Source of the DNA: Crocinitomicaceae bacterium
GTDB lineage: Bacteria; Bacteroidota; Bacteroidia; Flavobacteriales_D; Crocinitomicaceae
Reading direction: 5' to 3'
DNA length: 56,944 nt
NCBI GenBank assembly: GCA_044339705.1
Contig: JBIIVA010000001.1
Coordinates: 1 to 56,944, forward strand
Shown piece after piece: positions 34,820-45,349 of the stretch. Below the pieces are notes generated by a model. The model was given only the letters and a program-made list of their open reading frames with translations. It ran no database searches and had not been told where the DNA came from. A program made the translations under genes and the position numbers. Numbering within the stretch: the stretch's first letter is position 1; each line of letters begins with the position of its first letter.

Positions 34820-36991
34820 CTAATTCTCAAATTTAAGCGGGAGAAGAATTGTGACAATTGTTCCTCGACCTGTTTTCATATCATTATCCTCAATAATAAG
34901 ATCACCGCTCGAGCGATATTTGCGATTTAAAATTTCGATTCTTTCCTGCGTCATATTGATCGCCATGCTTTTGTGCGTTTTAATTTTCTTGGTTTTACCC
35001 GATCCTTTTCTCCCTATTCCATTGTCGGAAACGATGATTTGTAACATGTTGTCCATTTGCTTGGCAGAAATGACAATCTTTCCGTTTTCCACAGTATGCA
35101 GTTGTCCGTGTTCAATGGCATTTTCAACGAATGGTTGGGTAATCATTGGAGGCACCATTGCTTTTTGGAAAAGTAACTCCTCATCAAAATTCAGTTCGAA
35201 TTCAAATCGATCTTCAAATCGCAGTTTTTGTGTATTGAGATACTTTTCAAGAATTTCTTCCTCCAATTCCAGAGGAATGAATTCTTTGGGTGAATTTTCC
35301 AATATCAAGCGCATCAGTTTCGAGAAATTCACTAAGAACTTAGATGATTTTTCTGGGGTGTGCGAAAAAATATAACTTTGAATAACGGACATAGCATTGA
35401 AAACAAAATGTGGATTCATTTGCGTTCTCAATAGTGCTTGAGACATTTCCGCCTCCCTTTGCTCTTGTTGTGAACGAATTTGTTTTGAACGCAGATATAG
35501 AATAATTAGTCCTAAAACTAAAATCAAAGCAACTATTATGGAAATAAGCAGGTTTCTAGTTCGTTGCATTTCAAGTTTTTCCTTTGCTTTTCTTTCTTTT
35601 TCAATTGATTGCTTTTGATTTTCAATAAATCGTTCACGTTCCTCGCGAAGGTTACTTTCCGTTAAATCATTAATAAGCACGGCATCTTTTGAAATGGTTA
35701 ATTTCCGATTATTTTCCAAATACATTTTTTGGAATTTGTATGCTTCATTGATTCGATTCGTTGCTGCATATATTTCTGAAAGAAGCCTGTAATTTTCATT
35801 CGATGAATAGGCTGAAAGTCCTAGGTTATTTTCAACGGATTCAGTTGCGCATTTTTCTGCCTCATTGTAATTTTTCAAGTTCAAATAACATTCAGCAAGT
35901 TCTTGATTTATATGACTGATTTTTTGAAAATCTTTAATCAATCTAAAAAATGAAATTGATTCCTGAAATTTTGGAATCGCAGCTTGCCAATTCTTTTTAA
36001 CGACAAACTCTTTTCCTTTTGTAAATGCCATGAAACCTTTTAGTTTGGCACTTTTGAACATGGCAATTGAGTTGTAAAAATTACTTTTCTTGATTCCATC
36101 TGCTTGATTCAGTGAAGCGATTATTTGTCCATATTTCAAAATTGTTTTTTCAAATTCGTTCAAGTAATTTTCCCCTAGCTTCTCGGCTCGTTCAAAATAT
36201 CGTTGAGCGATTTCTAAATTACCTGCGTCGAATAAAATGAAACCAATATCTCGATTTGCAAACGATTCGAGTAAATTATTATTCAATTCTTTCGCCAATT
36301 GAAAAAATTCGAGTGATTTCGCAACCGCTTCGTTATTTCTGCCAAAATAGCTGTAAAGACTTGATAGATGTCTGAAAGACAGCGCTAGGGTTGTTTTACT
36401 ATTTGATCGAAGAGCAAATTCAGTAGCCAATTTCCCATATGCAAGAGCTGAATCAGGAGCGTTTTTGTAGGCGTATGCTAGACTTAAATTTTTAAATGCT
36501 TCTGAGATCAATTCATTTTTTCTAGATTTTTTGGTTTTAGTGACCAGATTACGGGCGATTTTTAAGTAATCCCCATTATCAAACAAATAAGCGTAATGCA
36601 TTTTTAAAACTTCATAACGAAGAATAAGATTTGGATCTTGAAATTTAATCGAGATGAAATTTGATTCATAAATCTGTTTGAATTCAGTCAAATTGGATTC
36701 AATCATTAGCTCCTCGAGAAAGATTAATTGAATGAGAGACCTATCTTTTTTTGCAGATACAAAATTTAATTCACTCTTTAACTTAGAAAGGATGCTGTTC
36801 TGTTTAACTAAATTTTCAGTTTTGTAAAGAGAATTTAAATCACTTAAAATTTGAATTCGTTGGCTACTTTTCTTGCTAGCATTTAATGATTCCAAAAGTT
36901 GCTGTTCTTCACTAATCTGCGACATGCATACCGTTTGAAAAAACCAGCAATAGAATGCAAAAAAAAGAATGACGCGATTTCCAAACATCAT
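34820..36991 (-). CDS. Sensor histidine kinase (LytS/YehU-type His_kinase + HATPase) with an N-terminal TPR-like periplasmic/sensor region
   Basis: 723 aa. It has an N-terminal signal/anchor, about 430 aa of helical TPR-like repeats, one TM helix (LLISIIVALILVLGLIILYL), then NPHFVFNAMSVIQ and an ATPase domain (VENAIEHG...DNGIG). Confidence 0.85.
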   Translation of the reverse strand: MMFGNRVILFFAFYCWFFQTVCMSQISEEQQLLESLNASKKSSQRIQILSDLNSLYKTENLVKQNSILSKLKSELNFVSAKKDRSLIQLIFLEELMIESNLTEFKQIYESNFISIKFQDPNLILRYEVLKMHYAYLFDNGDYLKIARNLVTKTKKSRKNELISEAFKNLSLAYAYKNAPDSALAYGKLATEFALRSNSKTTLALSFRHLSSLYSYFGRNNEAVAKSLEFFQLAKELNNNLLESFANRDIGFILFDAGNLEIAQRYFERAEKLGENYLNEFEKTILKYGQIIASLNQADGIKKSNFYNSIAMFKSAKLKGFMAFTKGKEFVVKKNWQAAIPKFQESISFFRLIKDFQKISHINQELAECYLNLKNYNEAEKCATESVENNLGLSAYSSNENYRLLSEIYAATNRINEAYKFQKMYLENNRKLTISKDAVLINDLTESNLREERERFIENQKQSIEKERKAKEKLEMQRTRNLLISIIVALILVLGLIILYLRSKQIRSQQEQREAEMSQALLRTQMNPHFVFNAMSVIQSYIFSHTPEKSSKFLVNFSKLMRLILENSPKEFIPLELEEEILEKYLNTQKLRFEDRFEFELNFDEELLFQKAMVPPMITQPFVENAIEHGQLHTVENGKIVISAKQMDNMLQIIVSDNGIGRKGSGKTKKIKTHKSMAINMTQERIEILNRKYRSSGDLIIEDNDMKTGRGTIVTILLPLKFEN

Positions 36992-37132
36992 TCTAAGGTA
37001 TTAAATCGATTTTAAATAAACACAATCATTATAAAAATAAAAACGTGACAACCGCATTTTTTGATTTTTGTCGGCCAACTTGAATTGAATTCTCAAATAA
37101 ATTATGCAGTTTTGCCGGAAATATTGCTTTCT

Positions 37133-39799
37133 ATGAAAAAATACCTCATTGGATTAACTCTTTTTTCCTTTTTAATTAGTTGCAAAGTCGGAAAACCTGA
37201 TTCAGAAGAAATTACGGATGTCGAAATTATTGAAGACTCATTAATTACAGGCGATTACTTTAACGAGGATTACGATCAATCTGATATTGTTCAACTCGAA
37301 GATGAGGTTCCTGTTAGAGGTATTTACAATCCTTCGAGAACGTTGTTAACAGACCTGGTTCACACCAAACTAGAGGTAAGATTTAATTGGGAAAAATCTC
37401 AACTCAACGGTAAAGCGACCATTACTGCAAAAAACCATTTCCATCCATCTGACAGCTTAATCTTGGATGCAAAAGGAATGGATATTAAAAAAGTTGAATT
37501 AGCTGGTAAGAAATTGGATTTCAGCTATGAAGACTCTCTCCATCTGCGTATTAAACTAGATAAAAAATATACCCGTGATGAAAAATTCACAGTCGTTATC
37601 GAATATATCTCAAAACCAGAAGAACGTCAAACTTCTGGAAGTGAAGCCATCACTTCAGATAAAGGTTTATACTTCATTAATCCAAAAAAGGAAGCAAATG
37701 GTAACATGCCTCAAATTTGGACACAAGGTGAAACCGAGGCAAGCTCTGTGTGGTTTCCTACCATCGATTCGCCAAATTCTAAATCAACGCAGGAAATGTA
37801 TATTACTGTTGAGGATAAATATTTGACTCTTTCGAATGGTAAAATGATTTCATCGAAAAAAAATACAGACGGAACTCGCACAGATTATTGGAAACAAGAT
37901 TTACCGCATGCGCCTTACCTTTTTATGTTGGCTGTTGGAGAGTTTAAAGTTGTGAAAGACTTCTACACACGTCCTGATGGATCGAAGATGGAAGTAAATT
38001 ATTATGTTGAGCCGGAGCATGAAGCCAATGCTAAAGCTATTTTCGGTGAAACTCCGAATATGATTAAATTCTTTTCTCAAAAATTAGGAGTTGAATACCC
38101 TTGGGATAAATACAGCCAAATTGTTGTTAGAGATTATGTTTCCGGTGCAATGGAAAACACAGGAGCAGTTATATTTGGAGATTATGTTTATAAAAATCAG
38201 CGCCAACTTCTAGATGGCAACGATCAATCGACCATTGCGCATGAATTGTTTCATCATTGGTTCGGTGATCTTGTTACATGTGAATCTTGGGCCAATTTAC
38301 CTTTGAATGAATCGTTTGCGAATTATTCTCAATATTTATGGGATGAATTTCGTTTTGGTCAAGATGAGGCAGATTATCAGGCTGAACAAGAATCAAACGG
38401 TTACTTTGAATCAGCTTCATACAAAGGCTACCACGATTTAATTTGGTATGGTCATCCAGATAGAGAGGAAATGTTTGATGGTCACTCCTATAACAAAGGT
38501 GGACGTATTTTACATATGTTGAGGAATTATCTTGGAGACGAAGCCTTCTTCAAAGGACTCAACAATTACTTGGTTACCAATAAATTCAAAACTGCTGAAG
38601 TGCATAATTTGCGAATGGCTTTTGAAGAAGTATCAGGTGAAGATTTAAATTGGTTCTTTAATCAATGGTTTTTAGGAAAAGGTCACCCTATTATTTTCAC
38701 AACACAATCAATTGATAAAGAAAATAATACTGTAACTATAGGAACTTCGCAGCGTCAGCAGACAGATGATTTCCCTGTTTATAAAATTCCGGTAGATGTC
38801 GCAATTTGGGATAATAACGGAAAGCGCATTGAAAAAATAACAATTGATTCGGTTAATCAGTCCTTTACATTTTCATATAGTGGTGAATTGAAAAATGTGC
38901 TTTTTGATGCGAACCAAGTTTTACTTGGAAAGTACTTTGAGGAAAAGCCCGTTTCACAATTTGTTCATCAGTACTACAATTCAAATCGTTATCGCTCAAA
39001 ACTAACTGCTTTGAAAAGAGCCTATAAATCGAAAAGCGATGCAACAGAAAAAATGGTTTTTGATGCACTAAATGATCCTTTTTGGGACATCCGATTGAAT
39101 GCAATATCACTTTTCGCAATTGTTAAGAATAAATTGAGCGAACAAGGTTTAACGCGTATCAAAGACATTTTGATCAATGATGCAAAACCACAAGTTCGGG
39201 TCGAGGCAATTAATTATTTAAAAACCTTACCGGAACCAGAAGCGACTGAGTTGTTTAAAAAAGTAATTGAAAAAGATCAATCCTATTTGGTAATTTCATC
39301 TGCACTTCAGGTTTTAATGGAAATTAATCCGGATGAAGCAATGAAAGTTGCTAGAAACCTTGAAAAAGAAAACAATTTAAGCTTAAACGTGGCATTAGCC
39401 GAAGTATATGGTCAAAAAGGAGAAGCCCAAGAAAATGCATTCTTTGAAAAACACATCAAAGAGGGAAAATTGAAGGGGTATGATGAGCTTCGCATGGTCA
39501 TTGCATACGCAGTTTATATTATGCGAATGGATATTGATTTAATTGAGAAATCACATAGTATTTACAGCTATGTTAATGAAAAAGGTGGCTCTACTGTTAA
39601 GATGTATTTATCGAGAATTATTGATTACAACATGAATTCATACAGAGAAAAAGTAAATGAACTCGATATGGAAATCGCTCAATTAGAGGAGGCTAAAGCT
39701 TTCGGACAAGCAGATGACAAGAAACGCATCAAGCAACGCTTCGAGGATATTATTAATAATCTTTCTTCATTGGTAGATACTGAAGAGTTGGGATATTAA
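37133..39799 (+). CDS. pepN: M1-family aminopeptidase N (lipoprotein) with a C-terminal HEAT/ARM-like region
   Basis: It has the GAMENTG exopeptidase motif and the zinc motif HELFHHWFGDLVTCESWANLPLNESFANY. The ATG at 37133 gives MKKYLIGLTLFSFLISCK (lipobox). Confidence 0.85.
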   Translation: MKKYLIGLTLFSFLISCKVGKPDSEEITDVEIIEDSLITGDYFNEDYDQSDIVQLEDEVPVRGIYNPSRTLLTDLVHTKLEVRFNWEKSQLNGKATITAKNHFHPSDSLILDAKGMDIKKVELAGKKLDFSYEDSLHLRIKLDKKYTRDEKFTVVIEYISKPEERQTSGSEAITSDKGLYFINPKKEANGNMPQIWTQGETEASSVWFPTIDSPNSKSTQEMYITVEDKYLTLSNGKMISSKKNTDGTRTDYWKQDLPHAPYLFMLAVGEFKVVKDFYTRPDGSKMEVNYYVEPEHEANAKAIFGETPNMIKFFSQKLGVEYPWDKYSQIVVRDYVSGAMENTGAVIFGDYVYKNQRQLLDGNDQSTIAHELFHHWFGDLVTCESWANLPLNESFANYSQYLWDEFRFGQDEADYQAEQESNGYFESASYKGYHDLIWYGHPDREEMFDGHSYNKGGRILHMLRNYLGDEAFFKGLNNYLVTNKFKTAEVHNLRMAFEEVSGEDLNWFFNQWFLGKGHPIIFTTQSIDKENNTVTIGTSQRQQTDDFPVYKIPVDVAIWDNNGKRIEKITIDSVNQSFTFSYSGELKNVLFDANQVLLGKYFEEKPVSQFVHQYYNSNRYRSKLTALKRAYKSKSDATEKMVFDALNDPFWDIRLNAISLFAIVKNKLSEQGLTRIKDILINDAKPQVRVEAINYLKTLPEPEATELFKKVIEKDQSYLVISSALQVLMEINPDEAMKVARNLEKENNLSLNVALAEVYGQKGEAQENAFFEKHIKEGKLKGYDELRMVIAYAVYIMRMDIDLIEKSHSIYSYVNEKGGSTVKMYLSRIIDYNMNSYREKVNELDMEIAQLEEAKAFGQADDKKRIKQRFEDIINNLSSLVDTEELGY

Positions 39800-40137
39800 T
39801 TGTTTTGTAAATGGCTAAATGGGATATTTTTGGTTAAGCCGAACGTTTCAAAAATTGTAAAATATTTTTGGAAATAAATCCATTGTTTATATATTTGAAC
39901 AATCAAAAAAGTGCGCTCACAACCTTCTTTTATACTACAGTTACGTCAGCGCCACATTAATGTATTTTTAGAATAAAAAGTTTGAAAATTAACACAAAAT
40001 GACTTTTTATTACTTGTATGTAGTGTTTGTTGAAAAGCTATAAATATTAATCTACATAAGCTAAATATTCATTTTGAAAGAACATAAGTTTTAAGAAGCG
40101 TAAATTTAATTTGTTTAAACTATTTTAAAATTAAGAC

Positions 40138-42900
40138 ATGAAAAAGTTACTTTTCTTCTTAGTAATTTCGGAATTAATTATTGCCTCCACGGATGCATTA
40201 GGTCAATCCTTAGGGATCAATAACAGTGGTTCTTCGGCAGATGCATCATCCATTTTGGATGTAAGTTCTACTACAAAAGGACTTTTGATTCCACGTATGA
40301 CACAGTCGCAGCGTAATGCAATTAATTCGCCAGCAACAGGTTTGATGATTTATCAGACGGATAATACACCTGGGTTTTATTTTTATACAGGTAGTACTTG
40401 GGAGCGTACAGCTACATCATCGAATGCTTCCTACACAGCTGGAACAGGAATCAGTATTTCTTCAAATACCATTACCAACACAGCACCGGATCAAACGGTT
40501 GCCCTAACTGCAGGAACGGGAATTTCTGTTAGTGGAACATATCCGAATTTTACCATCACGAATTCAAGTCCTTCAAGTGGTGGAACCGTAACAAGTGTTG
40601 CAGCATTAACTCTAGGTACTACTGGTACTGATCTAAATTCATCAGTGGCTACAGGAACTACAACCCCAGTGATCACATTAAATGTACCAACGGCATCAGC
40701 CACAAATAGAGGTGCTTTGTCCTCGACTGATTGGAGTACGTTCAACGGAAAAGAAAATGCATTAATTTTCAACGCACCTCTAAGCAGAAGTACAAATACC
40801 ATTTCATTAGCAAACACAGCTGTTACGGCCGGTTCTTATGGCTCAGCAACTTCAGTTGGAACTTTTACGGTTGATGCTCAAGGAAGATTGACGTCTGCCG
40901 GTAATACAACAATAAGTGGTGTTGTTCCTGGAGGTTCTGCCGGAGGAGATTTATCGGGATCTTATCCAAACCCGACTATTTCAATTAATGCCGTTTCCGA
41001 TTCTAAGTTTCGGCAAAGTGCTGGGGTATCTGTTGTAGGTAGGAGCGCAAACACAACTGGTAACGTTGCTGATATCACTGCAACAGCTGACAACCGCGTT
41101 TTGAAGCGTTCCTCTGGAACACTTAGTTTTGCTCAAATTAATGATGCCGATGTAGCGGATGTTAGTTGGAGCAAAATCACCTCACGTCCCACAACCTTGG
41201 CAGGCTATGGAATTACGGATGCAGCAGCGGCTTCGGGTAGCACGAGTTATATTCAAAATGGAACTGCCCAACAAACTAGTTCTAATTTCAATATATCTGG
41301 AAATGGTACCATTGGTGGACAATTAGTCGTAACTGGTGGAACAATTTCAACTGCAGCAATGACTGGAACAAGTGATTTAGGACTCTATTCATTGTCCAAT
41401 GGCAGTTGGTTACGTATGGTTACAAATCAGGCTCCCATTAAGTTTTTTAGTGATGCTAATGTCAGCAACATAGGTTCGACACCAAATTTTACAATTGAAT
41501 CAAACGGTAATGTAGGGGTTGGGGTTCCTAATGCAGCAACGCCGCAAGCCAAGTTTGATGTTCGTGGCGGCGCGATAATCGGAGAATTATCATCAGGCGG
41601 TTATTATAATTCCAATGCAGTTTTGCATTTGAGAAAAACAGATGCACCTCATTTGATTTTGGAAGATGCTGGAAACAATACCGCTGCATTATCAACTGAT
41701 GGTAATGGACTTTATATGGGAACTGAAAGTACGCGGAATATTTATTTTAAAACAGGCTTTACAAATTCAGGTAGTTTGATGAGTACTGGTACTACGCAAA
41801 TGTTTATTGATGGAACAAATAACCGTGTTGGTATTGGAACAACATCCCCCGGGGCAACATTAAATGTAATTCACCCTACTGCAAATACCACTCCAACTAA
41901 ACCCACAGGTAATTGGGCTGCAATAATTGAAAATAATCAAGACGGTAATGATGCACGTCATGGATTATCAGTTGCAACCAGATGGGGAGGAGCAGAATCT
42001 AAAATATTTGAAGTAGCATCATATTGGAGTGGAAGTGCTCAATCCTATACTCCTGCTTTAACAGTTCTAGGAAATAGAAATGTAGGGATTGGTGTAAGCA
42101 GCCCTAGTTATGTTTTGGACGTTGCAGATCGCATACAATTACGCTCAGGGACAAGTGGTACAGCTGGTGTTTGGTTTCAGAATTCGACAAACTCTGGGGT
42201 TATTGGATTTTTTGGAACAAGGGATGATAATACTGTTGGATTATATGGAGTTGGTTTAAACGATTGGGGTCTTAATATGAATAGAATAAGTGGAAATGTA
42301 GGAATAGGAACCGCTTCGCCAGGTGCAAGATTAAATGTCGTTGGCAAGAGTTTGTTCTCGAGAGATAATCAAACAGAATGCTGTGGAAGTGATGAGACCA
42401 TTGCCATTGCAGAGGCCTCAAACTCTACGGGGAGACAAGCTTCCATTTCCTTTCATAATGCAGGTGAAGCAGAAGCATTTATTCGATTGGCGGGTGGTGG
42501 TAGTGGAGCTAGGTCAGGACAAAGGAGGTTGGTTATAGGAGATAATCAAAGCCAAGCAACAACATTACAAATACAAGGATTAGCTGGTACAGGAACTAGA
42601 GCTGTATTTGCTGATGCCAATGGATTACTTACCACTTCAGGTAGTCCTTTTCTGACAACAGCTGAATTCACAGTTAGTGGTTCTGGAACAACAGCAGCAT
42701 CGACAACCTGCACAGGTTATACTACTTCAAATAGTTTCTGTTTTTTAACACAGGTTGCAGGTAAGTGGAATAGCGCACAGGGAGCTGGCGAAAGGTGTTT
42801 CATTGGTACAAGTGGATCAACATGGACTATTCAATACCAATCAGGGCAAAGTGGATTTAATGCAGAATGTAAATGTAGATGCTTCAAATTCGCGCCATAA
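40138..42900 (+). CDS. Secreted phage-tail-fibre-like protein with a Cys-rich C-terminal module and no T9SS CTD
   Basis: It starts with signal peptide [23 protein letters not shown] and a conserved-looking head ([51 protein letters not shown]). Tail-fibre motifs are [31 protein letters not shown], and four GNVGIGT-x-SP-x4-L-x-V units. The last 70 aa contain 6 Cys (CTGY...FCFLTQVAG...ERCFIG...[12 protein letters not shown]). Confidence 0.7.
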   Translation: MKKLLFFLVISELIIASTDALGQSLGINNSGSSADASSILDVSSTTKGLLIPRMTQSQRNAINSPATGLMIYQTDNTPGFYFYTGSTWERTATSSNASYTAGTGISISSNTITNTAPDQTVALTAGTGISVSGTYPNFTITNSSPSSGGTVTSVAALTLGTTGTDLNSSVATGTTTPVITLNVPTASATNRGALSSTDWSTFNGKENALIFNAPLSRSTNTISLANTAVTAGSYGSATSVGTFTVDAQGRLTSAGNTTISGVVPGGSAGGDLSGSYPNPTISINAVSDSKFRQSAGVSVVGRSANTTGNVADITATADNRVLKRSSGTLSFAQINDADVADVSWSKITSRPTTLAGYGITDAAAASGSTSYIQNGTAQQTSSNFNISGNGTIGGQLVVTGGTISTAAMTGTSDLGLYSLSNGSWLRMVTNQAPIKFFSDANVSNIGSTPNFTIESNGNVGVGVPNAATPQAKFDVRGGAIIGELSSGGYYNSNAVLHLRKTDAPHLILEDAGNNTAALSTDGNGLYMGTESTRNIYFKTGFTNSGSLMSTGTTQMFIDGTNNRVGIGTTSPGATLNVIHPTANTTPTKPTGNWAAIIENNQDGNDARHGLSVATRWGGAESKIFEVASYWSGSAQSYTPALTVLGNRNVGIGVSSPSYVLDVADRIQLRSGTSGTAGVWFQNSTNSGVIGFFGTRDDNTVGLYGVGLNDWGLNMNRISGNVGIGTASPGARLNVVGKSLFSRDNQTECCGSDETIAIAEASNSTGRQASISFHNAGEAEAFIRLAGGGSGARSGQRRLVIGDNQSQATTLQIQGLAGTGTRAVFADANGLLTTSGSPFLTTAEFTVSGSGTTAASTTCTGYTTSNSFCFLTQVAGKWNSAQGAGERCFIGTSGSTWTIQYQSGQSGFNAECKCRCFKFAP

Positions 42901-43119
42901 ATCCTTTATTGGTTGGTGTCCCCACCTGCAAAGACAATATCAAAGCCGGCTAGAGAGTGAGAGCCTAAGTTACTGACCGAGGAACGATCGTAATGTGTGA
43001 AGAGTTTAAAGATCAAAGATGAAAGTCGAAAAGGTAAAAGTTTATTTTAGAGTTAAAAAACTTACCGAGTAACAAGTGTTATCTGTTGATAACGTGAGAA
43101 TTTAGGGTTTTAGTAACTA

Positions 43120-43686
43120 ATGATAAAAAAATTAAAAATAAATAGTTTGCAAAATAATAAGTTATCAAAAACAAAATTTTTGTTTATAAGCGTTTTGTTT
43201 ATGTTTTGTCAAAAAGCTTTCTCCCAAAAGAAAATAGAAACTAAATCAACTACCTGTCAAATTGCCACCATTCAGCGTGATTCAGTTATGGTGAAATTGA
43301 AAGAATATCCTACACAAGTAAAAATACTTGAGGACTTTCAAAAACAATTGCAGTCGGAGTAAGAATTTAAGAAGCCAGAACTAGACACAAAAGTTGCAGA
43401 TTACCAAGAAAAAGAGAAAACATACTCAGATCAACAAAAACAAGAAAAAATAGTTGAATTGCAAAAAATGGATGAAGAGCTCAAAAGTTTCAGTAAAGAT
43501 GCAGAAAAAAAATTGTTTCAGAAAGAGACTACACTCCTTCAACCCATGAATGATAAAATAAATAAGGCAGTTGAATCAGTTGCCCTTAAGCAAGGTTATT
43601 TACAAATCATAGATATTAAGTTAACCTATTTTTCATTACCGGCTTGTGATGCAACAAAACTGGTTATTGATGAGGCAAACAAATAG
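43120..43686 (+). pseudogene. OmpH/Skp-family periplasmic chaperone gene interrupted by one in-frame TAA (43360-43362)
   Basis: Track ORFs 43120-43362 and 43459-43686 are in the same frame. The frame stays open from 43363 onward (EFKKPELDTKVADYQEKEKTYSDQQKQEKIVELQKMD...). Joined, they give a 188-codon protein with a signal peptide and the Glu/Lys/Gln-rich coiled arms plus the C-terminal (Y)LQIIDI... typical of Skp. Confidence 0.6.
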
Positions 43687-43698
43687 ATTTCAACTAGA

Positions 43699-45186
43699 AT
43701 GAAAAAGTACCTTTTACATATCATTTTTTCAATACTTTCATATACTTGCATGTATAGTGCTATTGCACAAACAGGTAGTATGGTACTTTCTGGTTCCGAT
43801 TTGAAACTTGTAACGGATGATAATACAAAGCTCAATTTATGGGATTTAAACATCGTTAATAATGCCAGTGACGACCCAATTGTGGGCAATGCCGAGTTTA
43901 TCTATGATGGCACAAGCGTAGCAGGTATGGCAGGTAATTATCCAATGGAAATTCAGAAACTCACAATTTCGAATCCTGCAGGGGTCACTTTATCTCGATC
44001 AATAAGTATTGGTGGAAATGTCAATCTGAGTTCGGGAAAATTAAATTTAAACGGAAATACCTTAACACTCGGAACAGCTACATCACTAGGCACCATAACT
44101 GGAGCTAATTCTTCGAACTATATAGTTGCATACAAGAATGGTACGACAATAGGAAAACTGGTTCATCGTTTGAGTGGCAACGCAACCTATTCTTTTCCCA
44201 TTGGGGATCCTAACAAATATACGCCTGTTTCTGTTACGCTTAATTCAGGAACATTGAGCAACGCTACTATTGAAGTTTATACGAATGGTTCAGCAGTAAC
44301 TGGAATGAATCCAAACATGGCTGCAAAAATCAATCGGTCATGGTTTGTTGAGCCTACAGGAATTACAAATCCAAGCTATAATATCTCATTTTCCTTCGGC
44401 GTAGGAGATTATTCAGGAAGTGCGACCGAAACGATTTCTCCTTGTAAATTAAGTAACGGTGTTTGGTACAAACCGTCAAATTCACTTCTCGAAGATGGTA
44501 TCTCTCAAGGAACTGAATCGGCAACACCATTCGGGAGTAGTTCCGTTCCGCCAGATCAAACAACTGGAACACTCACTTGGAATGGTTTAACGAGTTTCAG
44601 TGAATTTGGAGGGGCAGGAGGAACCCAACCTTTACCTGTAGAGCTAATTTCATTTACAGGAACTTGCAACGAAGAACTAATCAATTTAGAGTGGATTACG
44701 GCATCCGAGCATAATTCATCCCATTTTGACATTGAAGAATCTCGCGATGGGTTCAATTGGCAGTTACTAGGTTCTTTGCAAGCAGCAGGTAACAGCAACC
44801 AAACGTTGATTTATCAGCTCTCAGACAACGCAACGAACGCAGGCAATAACTACTACCGGTTGATTCAATTTGATGTTGATGGAAAGGCAACCGGGTACGG
44901 GCCAATCAACGTTGCATGCGAAGAGACCGTAAAAGGATATTTCTCCAGTTTTCCGAATCCCTCTGGTTCTGCATTCCAAGTAATTGTGAACAATAAAGAC
45001 CTCGTTGGTACTTTAATTTTAAACATTACCGACTCAAAAGGCTCACAAGTATATAACTCAACTATCGAATTAAAAGACGGAATTAATATGTTTGTGGTGA
45101 ATGAAGAATTAGCTCCCGGAGTTTATTTCATTCGAATCTTAAATGGAACAAAATCAACGGAAATAGTTCGACACGCTGTGAAATAA
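43699..45186 (+). CDS. T9SS type A CTD-containing secreted protein of unknown function
   Basis: It has a signal peptide. An N-terminal module (GKLNLNGNTLTLGTATSLGTITG...YSFPIGDPNKYTPVSVTL) is shared with the left-edge protein. The C-terminal Por tail is FSSFPNPSGSAFQVIV...GVYFIRILNGTKSTEIVRHAVK. Confidence 0.75.
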   Translation: MKKYLLHIIFSILSYTCMYSAIAQTGSMVLSGSDLKLVTDDNTKLNLWDLNIVNNASDDPIVGNAEFIYDGTSVAGMAGNYPMEIQKLTISNPAGVTLSRSISIGGNVNLSSGKLNLNGNTLTLGTATSLGTITGANSSNYIVAYKNGTTIGKLVHRLSGNATYSFPIGDPNKYTPVSVTLNSGTLSNATIEVYTNGSAVTGMNPNMAAKINRSWFVEPTGITNPSYNISFSFGVGDYSGSATETISPCKLSNGVWYKPSNSLLEDGISQGTESATPFGSSSVPPDQTTGTLTWNGLTSFSEFGGAGGTQPLPVELISFTGTCNEELINLEWITASEHNSSHFDIEESRDGFNWQLLGSLQAAGNSNQTLIYQLSDNATNAGNNYYRLIQFDVDGKATGYGPINVACEETVKGYFSSFPNPSGSAFQVIVNNKDLVGTLILNITDSKGSQVYNSTIELKDGINMFVVNEELAPGVYFIRILNGTKSTEIVRHAVK

Positions 45187-45227
45187 TGTCTTTTCCAATT
45201 CGATTCAATCGAAGACATTTTTTTTTT
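45185..45227 (+). terminator. Rho-independent terminator
   Basis: The stem AATGTCTT (45185-45192) / AAGACATT (45212-45219) has an inner CGATT-c-AATCG stem and is followed by a T9 run. It overlaps the stop of the 43699-45186 gene. Confidence 0.65.
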
Positions 45228-45349
45228 GAATCTACTTTGAACTTTAATACCTAATTTTAAATGATTGTGTTATTTAATTTGTAGTTAAGGCAACGTTTTT
45301 TTCATTTTAATCGTTTAACTAGGGAAATTTTCAATAGTTCAGAAAGTAT

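Noticed and set aside
34851-35375. 174-aa plus-strand ORF
   Set aside because: It is fully antisense to the well-supported histidine kinase gene and has no motifs of its own.
43360-43362. Programmed readthrough or stop-codon reassignment at the TAA in the Skp-like gene
   Set aside because: TAA is used as an ordinary stop by many other genes in this window, for example the 8877-9998 ATPase, the DUF2256 ORF and the giant protein gene. A nonsense mutation or a sequencing error is more parsimonious.
40138-45186. Prophage or tailocin remnant around the tail-fibre-like gene
   Set aside because: No capsid, portal, terminase, sheath, baseplate, tape-measure, lysis or integrase genes occur anywhere in the window. 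The neighbours are a chaperone gene and T9SS cargos.
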